Part shown: positions 41,734-52,600 of the stretch, in pieces
Layout: every line of letters starts with the position of its first letter
Position numbering within the stretch: the stretch's first letter is position 1
Source: Promethearchaeota archaeon
GTDB lineage: Archaea > Asgardarchaeota > Lokiarchaeia > Sigyniarchaeales > SOKP01
Assembly (NCBI GenBank): GCA_048939015.1
Contig: JBHLPW010000022.1
Span: 1 to 64,000 of the forward strand
DNA: 64,000 bases
Direction of reading: 5' to 3'
The notes under the pieces: model-generated
Databases searched by the model: none
Told to the model about the DNA's origin: nothing
The model's input: the letters and a program-made list of their open reading frames with translations, nothing else
Made by a program: the position numbers and the translations under genes

Positions 41734-42336
41734 ATGCCAGAATATGATAATTTGACTAATTCGAATAATGTCGATAATCGTTTAAAAATAATTAAACAAA
41801 TAGAAGAGATCTACAAATTTATATCTCAATCAAGAGATTTTAGTGTATTGATTCCTGAAGTACGAATGAATATATCAGGTTCATTTTCAAATGCAAAAAC
41901 AAAGAAGGATGTAGCAGGTGTGGAGGGTAGAATTACCATCATAAATGGATTCCCAAAAGCTTCTGGCGATATCAAATTTGGTGTGTCTAATCACACTGCT
42001 AGACTGCTTCTTTCAGCGAAAAAGTTTGATAATTCTGTTAATTTTGTTATGAACTTAAAGTATAACCCAATTTGGATAAGGAGACTAAAGGAAAACACAG
42101 ACCTGGAATTAGAAGAGATTATTAGAGAAGAACAACCCGAAAATATAAGAGAGAAAGAATTTTCCACAATGCAGTGGTTAATAAAAGAGAGTTATAATAA
42201 GACTGGCAAGATCCCCGATATTATTTGGGATAAAGGTTCCTTAGGAAAAGAACCGATGATAAGATTATTTGGGAAAACTCCTAAGGATATGATATCAAAA
42301 CTCACTAAAATCATTGGATTAGTCAAACTGGAGTGA
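41734..42336 (+). CDS. thiN: stand-alone ThiN-type thiamine-phosphate synthase domain protein
   Basis: IPEVRMNI, VAGVEGRI, FGVSNHTAR, DKGSLGKEPMI. Confidence 0.8.
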   Translation: MPEYDNLTNSNNVDNRLKIIKQIEEIYKFISQSRDFSVLIPEVRMNISGSFSNAKTKKDVAGVEGRITIINGFPKASGDIKFGVSNHTARLLLSAKKFDNSVNFVMNLKYNPIWIRRLKENTDLELEEIIREEQPENIREKEFSTMQWLIKESYNKTGKIPDIIWDKGSLGKEPMIRLFGKTPKDMISKLTKIIGLVKLE

Positions 42337-42352
42337 ATTCCAGAACAATACG

Positions 42353-43180
42353 CTATTTGACTTTTACTAAATCAAGATCTACTTCCACTATATTTCCTTG
42401 TAAATGATCAGTCGGACCATGTCCACTACCTATACGTAATTTGTCTGCTCCTTGAATTGCTGCGGTTATATATGCTTTTGCAATATGAATTGCCACCTTT
42501 ATATCATTTCCTTTTGCTAATTCCGCTGCTATAGCAGAGGCATATGTACAACCTGTGCCATGAGTATTTTGAGTATGTATACGAGTCGCACGAAATTCAG
42601 TATAGCCTTTTCCATCATAGAGTAAATCAATAGCATCCCCATTTTCAGAGATATGACCTCCTTTTATTAAGATATTCTGTGCCCCCATTTCATGAATCTT
42701 GATGGTAGCTTTTTTAGCTTGCTCTAAATCCGTAATTTCTGATCCTGCTAATGTCTCAGCTTCATGGCGGTTTGGAGTAATAATATAAGCTAATGGTATT
42801 AGCTCTGATATCAGTGAGTCCTTAGCTTCAGGCTGCAATAGTGGATCACCACCTTTAGCAATCATTACAGGATCAACAATGAGAAATTCTACGTTGTACA
42901 ATTTTGCTTTTTCAGCAATTATCTGGATAATTCCCGCATTAGATAACATACCAGTTTTCCATGCATCTGCTCCAATATCAGACATTACAGAATCTATTTG
43001 TTTTCCCACAAATTCTTTATGAACCTCAAAAATCCCTTGGACTCCTATTGTATTCTGAGCGGTAAGTGCTGTTATCGCACTCATTCCAAAAACTCCACGT
43101 GCAGAGAATGTTTTTAAATCAGCTTGTATCCCGGCACCTCCACCAGAATCTGAACCTGCAATTGTTAAGACTTTTTTCAT
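42353..43180 (-). CDS. thiD: hydroxymethylpyrimidine/phosphomethylpyrimidine kinase
   Basis: [47 protein letters not shown]. Confidence 0.96.
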   Translation of the reverse strand: MKKVLTIAGSDSGGGAGIQADLKTFSARGVFGMSAITALTAQNTIGVQGIFEVHKEFVGKQIDSVMSDIGADAWKTGMLSNAGIIQIIAEKAKLYNVEFLIVDPVMIAKGGDPLLQPEAKDSLISELIPLAYIITPNRHEAETLAGSEITDLEQAKKATIKIHEMGAQNILIKGGHISENGDAIDLLYDGKGYTEFRATRIHTQNTHGTGCTYASAIAAELAKGNDIKVAIHIAKAYITAAIQGADKLRIGSGHGPTDHLQGNIVEVDLDLVKVK

Positions 43181-43297
43181 CGATTTCTCAAAAATATTTT
43201 TTCTATTATTAATAGCTAAAAATGAAGAATATTAAAGGGTTTTATTTTTTAATCAAAAGGAATTTCGAAAACGGACAAAATTAAGGTGAAAATTGTA

Positions 43298-43327
43298 AGT
43301 GTACAACTTTTTGAACGGAGTGTACAA
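43298..43327. promoter_or_regulatory. two AGTGTACAA direct repeats (palindromic TGTACA core), 21 bp apart; candidate operator
   Basis: 43298-43306 and 43319-43327 in the divergent thiD / beta-helix gene intergenic region. Confidence 0.35.
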
Positions 43328-43385
43328 AACATAGTTTTATTAGTTAGGAAAGAAAATATTTTTTAAAAAATAAAAAGTGTTTATT

Positions 43386-44486
43386 ATGAAATCAAAAATA
43401 AAAGTAGGAATATTAATAACATTCGTAATAGTTTTTGCGTCCTCTATTCTAATAGGCGGTTATGTCTTTTATACCTTAAAAAGACTTACAGATAATGGAT
43501 ATGAGATTTTAGAGAATGGAAATGACGAACCAATTCATATAAATGGACATTTAGACTGGATTAATGCTAAAGCTACAGGGATTTGTACAGGGAATGGGAC
43601 TTATTCTGATCCTTATGTCATAGAAGATTTGGTGATAGATGCTAATCGTGAGAGAGGTATCCTTATTGGAAATTCAACTGTTTATTTTATTATAGAAAAC
43701 TGTACCGTTTATAACGCAGGATGGAATCATGGAGGTTGGGAGTGTCCTCCAGGTGAATTTGGGGCAATCGCATTATTTAATGTGAGTAATGCTCGGATAA
43801 ATAATAATACTTGCTTAAATAATACACATGGAATATACCTTGATAATGGGTTTAATAATACTATTTTCGGAAATGTTATAAACATTAACTCACATGGGAT
43901 AAGTCTATCTGGGACTTATAACATTATCTCGGGAAATTCTGTTAGCAACAGTTGGAATCAGGGTATAGAAATATTTGGTAGTAATAATAATATCTCAGGA
44001 AACACATTAAACAATAATGGATATGGGATAACTTTACCTGATTGGTTTCCATGTATTACTAATCTTAAAAGTAATAATAGCATCATCATAGGAAACACCA
44101 TAAACAACTGTTATAATGCTATTTCTATAGGAGAAGGTGGTAATTATACTATTTCTGAAAATATAATGACCAACCATCATTGGGGGATAGATTTAAGTAA
44201 TGTTAATAATAGCAACATATTGAGAAACACAATAGAAAATAGTGAAGAAGGGATGCACATCTATAATAGTCATAATAATATGTTCTCAGAAAATAATTTA
44301 ACTTTCAATAAAGATTGTATAGTTGAAATGAATTGCTCTGGAAATGTGTTTAAAGACAATCAATGTAAATATTTAAATTCAATTCCAGGATGGCATCCAT
44401 TCTTTATAGTTTTGATTTTAACAAGTATAATTATTATCAAAAATCGAAAATTAATGAAAAAAATCAAAGAAGAGATTGATATTTGA
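43386..44486 (+). CDS. NosD-like right-handed beta-helix surface protein with Loki-CTERM-like tail
   Basis: N-terminal TM/signal; GNGTYSDPYVIE; repeated NxISGNxxxNNxxGI; C-terminal IPGWHPFFIVLILTSIIIIKNRK. Confidence 0.85.
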   Translation: MKSKIKVGILITFVIVFASSILIGGYVFYTLKRLTDNGYEILENGNDEPIHINGHLDWINAKATGICTGNGTYSDPYVIEDLVIDANRERGILIGNSTVYFIIENCTVYNAGWNHGGWECPPGEFGAIALFNVSNARINNNTCLNNTHGIYLDNGFNNTIFGNVININSHGISLSGTYNIISGNSVSNSWNQGIEIFGSNNNISGNTLNNNGYGITLPDWFPCITNLKSNNSIIIGNTINNCYNAISIGEGGNYTISENIMTNHHWGIDLSNVNNSNILRNTIENSEEGMHIYNSHNNMFSENNLTFNKDCIVEMNCSGNVFKDNQCKYLNSIPGWHPFFIVLILTSIIIIKNRKLMKKIKEEIDI

Positions 44487-44497
44487 GAATTTTACAA

Positions 44498-44549
44498 TTT
44501 GAAGACAATCAGTGTGAAAAAGGTAATTTATATTCAATTCCAGAATGCC
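44498..44549 (+). pseudogene. relic duplicate of the beta-helix gene's 3' region
   Basis: FEDNQCEKGNLYSIPEC versus FKDNQCKYLNSIPGW at ~44349-44394, with matching DNA blocks aagacaatca and attcaattccag. Confidence 0.6.
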
Positions 44550-44583
44550 AGCTTCTTAATAATAAAAAATTAGATGTAGATTT

Positions 44584-45900
44584 TTACTCCTTAGATTTTT
44601 TCTTATTTTCCAAAGCATTCTTTAAAAGTTTAATAGCACAGAATTCTCCACACATGCTACAAACTTCATTATCAATATTATTCCCATTTCTATAATGGAC
44701 TTCTCTTGCTAAGTCAGGATCAATTGAATGGTGAATCATACCTTCCCAATCTAAGTTCTTCCTAGCAATGTCCATTTTATAATCCCAATTAGAAGCTCTT
44801 TTACCATATTTAGCAATGTTAACCGCATGAGCCGCAATCTTCGAAGCAATTACTCCTCTTTTTACATCCTCTTTTGTAGGGAGTCCAAGGTGTTCTGAAG
44901 GGGTCACATAACATAAATAATCAGCTCCTGCTAAACCTGCCATAGTGCCTCCTATCGCACTTACAATATCATCATATCCTGGAGCAATATCAGTAACTAA
45001 TGGTCCTAATACATAGAAGGGTGCTTCATCACATAGAGACTTCTGCAATTTGATATTTCTTTCAATTTCATTAGCAGGAATATGCCCTGGGCCTTCAACC
45101 ATAACTTGAACACCTGCTTTCCATGCGCGTTTCACTAATTTAGATATCTCAAGTAATTCTTGGATTTGGGCATAATCAGTAGAATCAAAAATGCAGCCGG
45201 GTCTTAAACCATCTCCTAATGATAATGTGAAATCATAATCTTGAGCCATCTCAAGCAAATAGTCATATCTTTTATTAAATGGATTTTCCAATTCATGTTC
45301 TAATATCCAAGACGCTAAGAAAGTTCCACCTCTTGAAACTACTCCCATAGTTCTTGGATGATCAACTAAATAATCAACAATATCCTTGGTAACTCCAACA
45401 TGGATGGTAAAGAAATCTACTCCTTCTTTTGCTTGTTCTTCTATAACATTAAACATATCATCTTCATCCATATGGATAATAGCCCCTTTTGTCTCTATAG
45501 CCCTCAGAGCAGTTTGATAAATTGGAACGGTACCTATTGGAACTTTTAGCTCATTAATGATTTGTTTTCTGATTGTTTGAATATCAGATTCAGTTACACC
45601 TGTGCTTAAATCCATAACTGTGTCTGCGCCATATTTAACAGCAATTTTAGCTTTTTCTAATTCCTCTTCGACTTTACAGACAGTTTTTGAAGAGCCTATA
45701 TTTGCGTTAATCTTTACTAATAATCCTTTTCCAATACCAATAGGAGGATTTAATTCTCTTCTATTAGATTTAGGTATAATAATTCTCCCTTTTTTAATCC
45801 CCCGCTTTAAGAAATCAAGATCAACTTGCTCATTTGCGGCAACAATCTCCATTTCTTTTGTTGTATTTCCGTTTTGTGCAACTTTCATTAATGTTGACAA
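44584..45900 (-). CDS. thiC: phosphomethylpyrimidine synthase
   Basis: KINANIG, DTVMDLSTG, GTVPIYQ, VSRGG, SLGDGLRPG, EGPGH, LGPLVTD, CSMCGEFC. Confidence 0.97.
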   Translation of the reverse strand: MSTLMKVAQNGNTTKEMEIVAANEQVDLDFLKRGIKKGRIIIPKSNRRELNPPIGIGKGLLVKINANIGSSKTVCKVEEELEKAKIAVKYGADTVMDLSTGVTESDIQTIRKQIINELKVPIGTVPIYQTALRAIETKGAIIHMDEDDMFNVIEEQAKEGVDFFTIHVGVTKDIVDYLVDHPRTMGVVSRGGTFLASWILEHELENPFNKRYDYLLEMAQDYDFTLSLGDGLRPGCIFDSTDYAQIQELLEISKLVKRAWKAGVQVMVEGPGHIPANEIERNIKLQKSLCDEAPFYVLGPLVTDIAPGYDDIVSAIGGTMAGLAGADYLCYVTPSEHLGLPTKEDVKRGVIASKIAAHAVNIAKYGKRASNWDYKMDIARKNLDWEGMIHHSIDPDLAREVHYRNGNNIDNEVCSMCGEFCAIKLLKNALENKKKSKE

Positions 45901-46160
45901 ATTTTAGAAATTTCTCCGATTTACTTTAATTAGACTCAATTTATTAGAGACTTATTCTTATTAATACAATCTGAGTTAAATTCTTTTGTTTAATATTTAA
46001 TAAAAATAGTCTATTGACGTAATATTTATCAATTGATTCATTTAAAAATAGAACACACATTCCAGAATATTTAATTTTAAAAAATCTCTTCTATTATTAT
46101 AATATTTATTAGGGATTTAAAATCCTTTAAAATATAAATGGTCTATTAGGTTTTTATTCA

Positions 46161-47057
46161 ATGGTGAGTAAAGAATTTGAAAATTTAAGAAGAATTCTTA
46201 AAGAAAGGAAGCTTAGCGCAGAAAAGAAAAGAGTGGAGGAGGAAAGAAGAAGCTTTGAACAAATTACAGCTCTTGTATCACTTCCTAAGGATATAAAGAT
46301 GATTAAATTTTTAGTTAAAGCAATTTCTTGTGTATGGATTGAAAGTCCTAATTGTAATCAAAATAACGTAATCTTTTATTTACATGGGGGCGGTTATATA
46401 ACGGGATCGATTGATACTAATAAAGATTTAGTCGCAAGAATTGCTCGTGTATCAGAAAGTCGAGTATTGTTCATTGAGTATAGGTTAGCGCCTGAATTTC
46501 CTTTTCCTGCAGCTTTAGAGGATGCTATATCTGCTTACGAATGGTTAATCAATACAGAACATATATCTCCTAACAATATCATTTTTTTTGGCGAATCTGC
46601 AGGAGGAGGTTTAGCCCTATCTACTCTTATAAAGATTAAAGAATTAAGTCTACAATTACCGGCAGCTGCAATACTGCTTTCACCGTGGGTAGATTTAGAT
46701 TTTACTGGCGATTCAATTAAAAATAATGCTAAAATTGATCCATTTATAACTTTTGATACAATGTTATTTTATGCTCGACTCTATATTGGAAATAATAATC
46801 CAAGAGATCCAAATATTTCACCATTATATGCTGATCTAAAAGACTTGCCCCCTCTTTTAATTCATGTGGGCTCTGCAGAACTTTTACTTGATGACTCAAG
46901 AAGATTGGCTGAAAAAGCTAAAATTAGTGGAGTAGACGTTGAATTAGAAATATGGAAGGATATGACTCATGTATTCCATGCTTTTGCGGGATTGATCCCC
47001 GAAGGTCAAAGAGCAATCAATAAAATTGGTGTTTTTATAAGATCCCTCTTGAATTAA
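46161..47057 (+). CDS. HSL-family esterase
   Basis: HGGG, YRLAPE, GESAGG, HVF. Confidence 0.92.
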   Translation: MVSKEFENLRRILKERKLSAEKKRVEEERRSFEQITALVSLPKDIKMIKFLVKAISCVWIESPNCNQNNVIFYLHGGGYITGSIDTNKDLVARIARVSESRVLFIEYRLAPEFPFPAALEDAISAYEWLINTEHISPNNIIFFGESAGGGLALSTLIKIKELSLQLPAAAILLSPWVDLDFTGDSIKNNAKIDPFITFDTMLFYARLYIGNNNPRDPNISPLYADLKDLPPLLIHVGSAELLLDDSRRLAEKAKISGVDVELEIWKDMTHVFHAFAGLIPEGQRAINKIGVFIRSLLN

Positions 47058-47212
47058 CCTTAATCATAAAAATTAGTTTAGGTGTTTATTTCAAATGTTC
47101 CTTGAAAATCTATAGATCATTCAAGAAAATTTAATTTCATAAAATACTTTCTATCATTATAAATTTTAGAGATCCTAATTTTTTTTAAATTAAATTATGA
47201 TATGTGTTAATA

Positions 47213-48109
47213 ATGGTAAGTAAACAAATGAAATACGTAATTAAGGGGTTGCTTTATACTAGAAGTCTTGAAATTAAAAAGAGAGTAAACGAACATCGCA
47301 AGGCTTTAGAAATGTTAGCAGTTGGTGTTGAACTCCCCGAAGATGTAGAATGTGTGAATGTAAATATTAATGATCTTTCTGGTTTGTGGTGTAAAACACA
47401 AGAGTCTGAAAATGATAAAGTAATTTTGTTTTTTCATGGAGGCGCTTATATAGCAGGATCAGCAGAAATATCTAAATACCATTCAATATATATATCCCGA
47501 GTTTCTAATGCTGAGCTTTTAAGCGTTAATTACCGTTTAGCACCAGAACATCCATATCCTGCAGCCTTAGATGATGCAGTGAAGGCTTATAGATGGCTTG
47601 TTGAGAAGAAAGAACTTTCACCAAAAAGAATTGCTATTGTTGGAGTTTCTGCAGGTGGGGGTCTAACAATTGCTACCATGTTGAAATTAAGAGAATTAGG
47701 AATAGAACTACCAGTAGCAGCAGTTTGTATATCCCCTTGGGCAGATTTAGCATTTACAGGTGAAACTTTTAGATCTCGAGCAAGTTTAGATCCATTTTTA
47801 ACTCCAGATGGTTTAGAATTTGATGCAAACCTTTATATCGGAAATGAAAAAGCAAGAAATCCTTTTATTTCACCGGTTTATGCAGACCTCCTTGGGTTAC
47901 CCCCTCTATATATTATGGCTGGAACAGCTGAAATTTTACATGATGATGCCGTTCGTTTAGCAGAAAGGGCTACTAAAGCAGGTGTGGAGGTCACACTTGA
48001 TATTTGGGAAGATATGATCCACGGTTTTCCTGTTTTTGCTAAGGTTGCACCAGAAAGTCGAGAAGCAATTGAAAAAGTAGGTGAATTCATTAGAAAACAC
48101 TTTAATTAA
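47213..48109 (+). CDS. HSL-family esterase (tandem paralog)
   Basis: HGGA, YRLAPE, GVSAGG, HGF; ATG 47213 gives MVSK like its paralog. Confidence 0.92.
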   Translation: MVSKQMKYVIKGLLYTRSLEIKKRVNEHRKALEMLAVGVELPEDVECVNVNINDLSGLWCKTQESENDKVILFFHGGAYIAGSAEISKYHSIYISRVSNAELLSVNYRLAPEHPYPAALDDAVKAYRWLVEKKELSPKRIAIVGVSAGGGLTIATMLKLRELGIELPVAAVCISPWADLAFTGETFRSRASLDPFLTPDGLEFDANLYIGNEKARNPFISPVYADLLGLPPLYIMAGTAEILHDDAVRLAERATKAGVEVTLDIWEDMIHGFPVFAKVAPESREAIEKVGEFIRKHFN

Positions 48110-48157
48110 TTATTTCTATTGATGTTAAAAAAAAAAAGAGATTTAAAAATAATATTT

Positions 48158-48478
48158 TTATTCAGGAACTTCAAACCCTGCAATTCCAGCTGCTTCTTCA
48201 AACGTATACCAAACATCTACCGAGTATTCACAATTTTCAATATTAATAAATTCGTAGAAATATTTTCTTAAATAAGCTAATGTTTCCTCAAGCTTTCCAG
48301 GTTTTACGTCGTGGATACTTTTCACTACTACTCCATTTTCATTCGTGGTTACAGGTGCACATAGTTGTTCTGCGATATTTTCATCAAGTGTATATTTAGG
48401 CGCTATTTGAAGATACTTCTTAATAACCTCATTTTGCATATGGCTTGGATATTTTATTGTTGAAATTACGTATGGCAT
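48158..48478 (-). CDS. small hypothetical protein (possible ferredoxin-like/dimeric alpha-beta barrel fold)
   Basis: 106-aa ORF with GAGGT SD; paralogous to 48504..48836. Confidence 0.75.
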   Translation of the reverse strand: MPYVISTIKYPSHMQNEVIKKYLQIAPKYTLDENIAEQLCAPVTTNENGVVVKSIHDVKPGKLEETLAYLRKYFYEFINIENCEYSVDVWYTFEEAAGIAGFEVPE

Positions 48479-48503
48479 ATTTTATACCTCTTTTCATTAT
48501 GTT

Positions 48504-48836
48504 TTATACTTCTGGTGGTGGTGCCATTCCTAATATCTTATAAGCTTCAGTAAAATCTAAGAATATATCCGTTTTGTATCTTAAACCATCAATTTTGGAT
48601 GCTAAGAATAGATTTTGTTTAGTGTTGACTTGTAAAGCTTCTTTTTCTTTTCCCTTCATTATTTCTCCAATACCATAACACAGAATCTGTCCGTTCTCAT
48701 CGGAAGAAACAGCTATACATAAATTTTTTTCTATGGTTTTATCAGGAGGATTATCTTTAAGCCAATCTACGAAACTTTTAGCTACTTTATTTGATTGATC
48801 TGGTGGAAACCATACTCTATTAAATAAAATTGTAAT
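48504..48836 (-). CDS. 110-aa hypothetical protein, paralog of 48158..48478, ATT start (not in ORF track)
   Basis: AAGGTG-TCC-TAA-ATT-ACA...: (I)TILFNRVWFPPDQSNKVAKSF...KGKEKEAL...DFTEAYKILGMAPPPEV*. Confidence 0.8.
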   Translation of the reverse strand: MTILFNRVWFPPDQSNKVAKSFVDWLKDNPPDKTIEKNLCIAVSSDENGQILCYGIGEIMKGKEKEALQVNTKQNLFLASKIDGLRYKTDIFLDFTEAYKILGMAPPPEV

Positions 48837-48979
48837 TTAGGACACCTTTTAATGATTTTTAAAAATTAGATTTCGTTGTAAGTCTAAATATGATGGTTTA
48901 TCATTTAAACATTTACATCTTTGTCAAGTGAATACTAAAATAAGATTCTTAGTGTAAAAATCGTTTATTAAACAATTAT

Positions 48980-49450
48980 TTATTTATATCCAATCTTTAA
49001 TTGTTTTAGAAGTTCAATTAAAGATTCGGTTAGTTGATATTCTTGTAATTTATCAAAAGGAACAAATTTGGCATCTAAAGCATCATCAGCTGCCTTAGGT
49101 GCCTGGTTCGGATCTCCTTCTATCTGTTCTACAAAATAGTTTATTAAGACATAATGATATTCAATTTTTCCATTATCGTCATACATAATTTTATCTATAA
49201 TACCAGCTAATTTTGATACTTTAACTTTAAAACCAGTTTCTTCATAAGCTTCTCTCTCTGCTGCGGCTTTCACTTTTTCTCCAAGATCTAAATGTCCACC
49301 AGGAATGCTCCAATAGCCTGAATCGGGATTGAATTTTCTTTTCACTAATAATAAATGGTTATCTCGTGTTAATAACACACCCACTCCTATATGTGGTCTC
49401 ACGGGATATTTTCTGGTATCAAAAGCAGTTAGTTTTTCTTTATCTACCAT
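48980..49450 (-). CDS. NUDIX hydrolase (ADP-ribose pyrophosphatase-like)
   Basis: WSIPGGHLDLGE....AAEREAYEETG Nudix box; HYVL; ADDA. Confidence 0.92.
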   Translation of the reverse strand: MVDKEKLTAFDTRKYPVRPHIGVGVLLTRDNHLLLVKRKFNPDSGYWSIPGGHLDLGEKVKAAAEREAYEETGFKVKVSKLAGIIDKIMYDDNGKIEYHYVLINYFVEQIEGDPNQAPKAADDALDAKFVPFDKLQEYQLTESLIELLKQLKIGYK

Positions 49451-49634
49451 AATTCAAAATATAATAATGAAATTTAACTAATAAAACAATATAGAAATTA
49501 TAAAGATTCATTATTACAAATAGTAATTAAGAAATAATATTTTTTTTAAAGGTTATAAGTTATAAATAGGTAACTGTGAATTCTAAATATAATTAAATTG
49601 TATAGTTAAGAACAAAAAACGGTTGGAATTCAAT

Positions 49635-52600
49635 ATGAAATTATTTAATAAAAAACAAATTTTATCATGTGTTTTACTCTCAACTATTTTACTTTCCTTT
49701 TTACCAAGTTTACATTCATCTTTTTTATTTAGTAATAGTATACAAAAAGAGATTAGTGAAATAGAAATCAATCCGAACAGATATGATTCTTCTGAAACCT
49801 TTGTATGTACCTTGAACGGTAAAGAGTATTTAGCAAAATATATTTCTCAAGAAGATGTAGAAGTTATGAAAACATCGTCTGATCTCAAAGAAGAAAATAA
49901 AAATTATAATAATATTATCGATGGTCATGGTACGGGTTTATGCGCACCTACAAAAGAGGATTTAGAAAAACTTATCGGTAAAATTTCGATTATTGGCACA
50001 TTACCAGAATCAGAACCCCACAAACCTCAAGCTGCTCAAGATCTTTCAAGTGATGTTTCTTTTCCATCCGTTGGTAATCAAGGGGCTCAAGGATCATGCG
50101 CGGCATGGGCCTTGACATATTATTGTTATGGATATTTAGAGGCAAAAGATCACGGATGGAGTGCTAGTTCAGGAAATCCTGACTACTTAATGAGCCCTGC
50201 ATGGACTTTTAATAAAGTTACTACTACTTCAGGTTCTTGGATGACTGATAATGCTCAAATAATTGTAGATTGGGGCTGTGCAACGATGTCGGCAATGCCT
50301 TATGATGATTCTGATGTCAATAGTTGGGGAAGTGAGACTGCATGGAGAGAAGCGCCCTATCATAGGGCTTATGATTATTATCTCATAGATTTTAATGAAT
50401 TCAATCCAAACGCAACCATTGATGTCATCAAAAATATGATAGTAAATGGTACTCCGGTTACTTTTGCCATGGACTCTTCTCAGTTTACTTCAGGGTTTTC
50501 TGATGGTAATTATATTATATCCTCTTCAGAATATGATTCGTTAATTTTAGATCATGCTCAAACTATTGTTGGTTTTGATGATAGTGAATCTGATGACGGA
50601 AATGTTGGGGCTTTTCGGGTAGTAAATTCATGGGGTTCATCATGGGGAGATAACGGTTATTATTGGTTAACATATGAAACTTTAAAAGAAATAGGTTTTG
50701 CTTTGGGTGATTTCGGACTTCATTTATGTGTTATTGAGGATCGAATAGATTATGTTCCTAGTTTAATTGCCACTTGGGAGTTTGATCCTGCCCCTACTCG
50801 TATGAATAATCTTATTACATTAGGAGTAGGCCCTCATAGTTCCCCATTAGCTTCTAAGACTCCTTGGTATTATTATGATGATGTATATTCACTTCCAGAG
50901 TTTATGACTTTTGATATTTCTGATTTTCAAACATATTATGATGAAGATAATGATGTTTTCTTTCTTCTAGACGTAGGGAGCTCAACTATAACTGGTACAT
51001 TATCTTCATTCAAAGTTGAAAGATATAATATTACTGGGATTTTAGAAGAAACAACTCCAGAATCTCCGATGGTTCCTATGTTGACTCCAGGATATGTACA
51101 CGCAACATTTATGGATATAGATCATGAACTGGAGGTCGAGCTTGATGTTCCTAGTATGGTTGATATTAATACTACATGTATTATTAATGCTACAGTGATT
51201 AATAATGGAATTTATGCAGAATCTAGTGTTGATTTATTTCTATATCTTGATGGAATCCTTTTCAATTCAACCACAATTCCAATTTTACTAGCAGGTCATA
51301 ATGAGACTATAAATTATTCTTGGACACCATTTGAATGTGGAAATCATAATTTCACGGTTTATGCACCTCCAATAATGGGGGAATATTACATTATAAACAA
51401 TTTCTTTAGTACGATTAGCACTGTAAGATTAAAAATCTTTTCCGATGATTTTGAAAGTGGGTTATCTAACTGGGAATCTATTACAGGTTTGTGGCATTTA
51501 ACAGATGATAGTAGTTCATGGACAGACCCATATCATTCTCCAACTCATTCGATGTGGTTTGGAGATGAATCTACAGGAACTTATAATACAGGAGACCTAG
51601 AAATGGGTGATTTTATATCTATTCCAATAGATTTACACGGATACCTCAATGCTAAATTAGAATTTTATCATTGGAGAGAAAGTGAAGCCGATATTGATTG
51701 GGATAAATCAATTGTTTATATCTCAGTAGATGGCACTAATTGGGATCTTTTATATCAAAATGATGTTTCGTATATAGCACCTTGGGAGAAAATAACCGTA
51801 GATATTTCTGCTTATATTGGAAAGACTATTCAATTAAAGTTTTATTTTGACACAGGTGATAACCTAAATAATGACTTTAGAGGCTGGCTTATCGATGATA
51901 TTGTAATTTATTCATTAGGTCCGATTTATCATGATTTACAAGTTTCTTTAAATGTTTCAAATTTCCCTAAAATTGGTATGCCTTATCAAATTAATTCCAC
52001 TGTAATAAATAATGGATTAAATAATGAATCTAATGTTGATTTTTTCTTGTATTTAGATGGTTTACCTGTATTTTCAACGACAATTTTAAATATTACTGTA
52101 GGAAATAGTAAAACTTTTTGCTATAATTGGACCCCTACTGAGTATGGTTTATACAATTTCACCGCTTACATTCCTCCAATACTTGATGAAACATTTCTTG
52201 ATAATAATCATTTCACCAAAATGATACCTCTTTATGAATTGAAAAATTATACTATGACAACTGGTTTTATATATGATTGGATTGATGCTTCTGGAGGAAG
52301 TGAATTAATTTTATCTGATGATGGATATTCTACTGCATCTCTACCGTTTACTTTTCAATTCTATAATCAATCTTTTTCAACTATATATATTGGTGCAAAT
52401 GGATATCTTAGTTTTATTGATTCAGCTCCCTCCCAGTATAGTAATTCTCCATTCCCTTCAAATGATAGTTTGCATAGTTATATGATTGCTCCATTTTGGG
52501 ATGATTTATATCCTCCTGAAGGGCATATCTATATAGAATCATTTGCGGATTATTGGGTTTTGGAATGGCAAAATATAACTCATTGGTCTGATCCTCTTGT

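Noticed and set aside
44483-44695. 70-aa ORF after the beta-helix gene
   Set aside because: The first part is a relic duplicate and the rest is antisense to the thiC 3' end; not a credible gene
45900-46160. Possible TPP riboswitch upstream of thiC (also checked upstream of thiD)
   Set aside because: No CUGAGA aptamer core or GC-rich stems seen; the region is plain AT-rich
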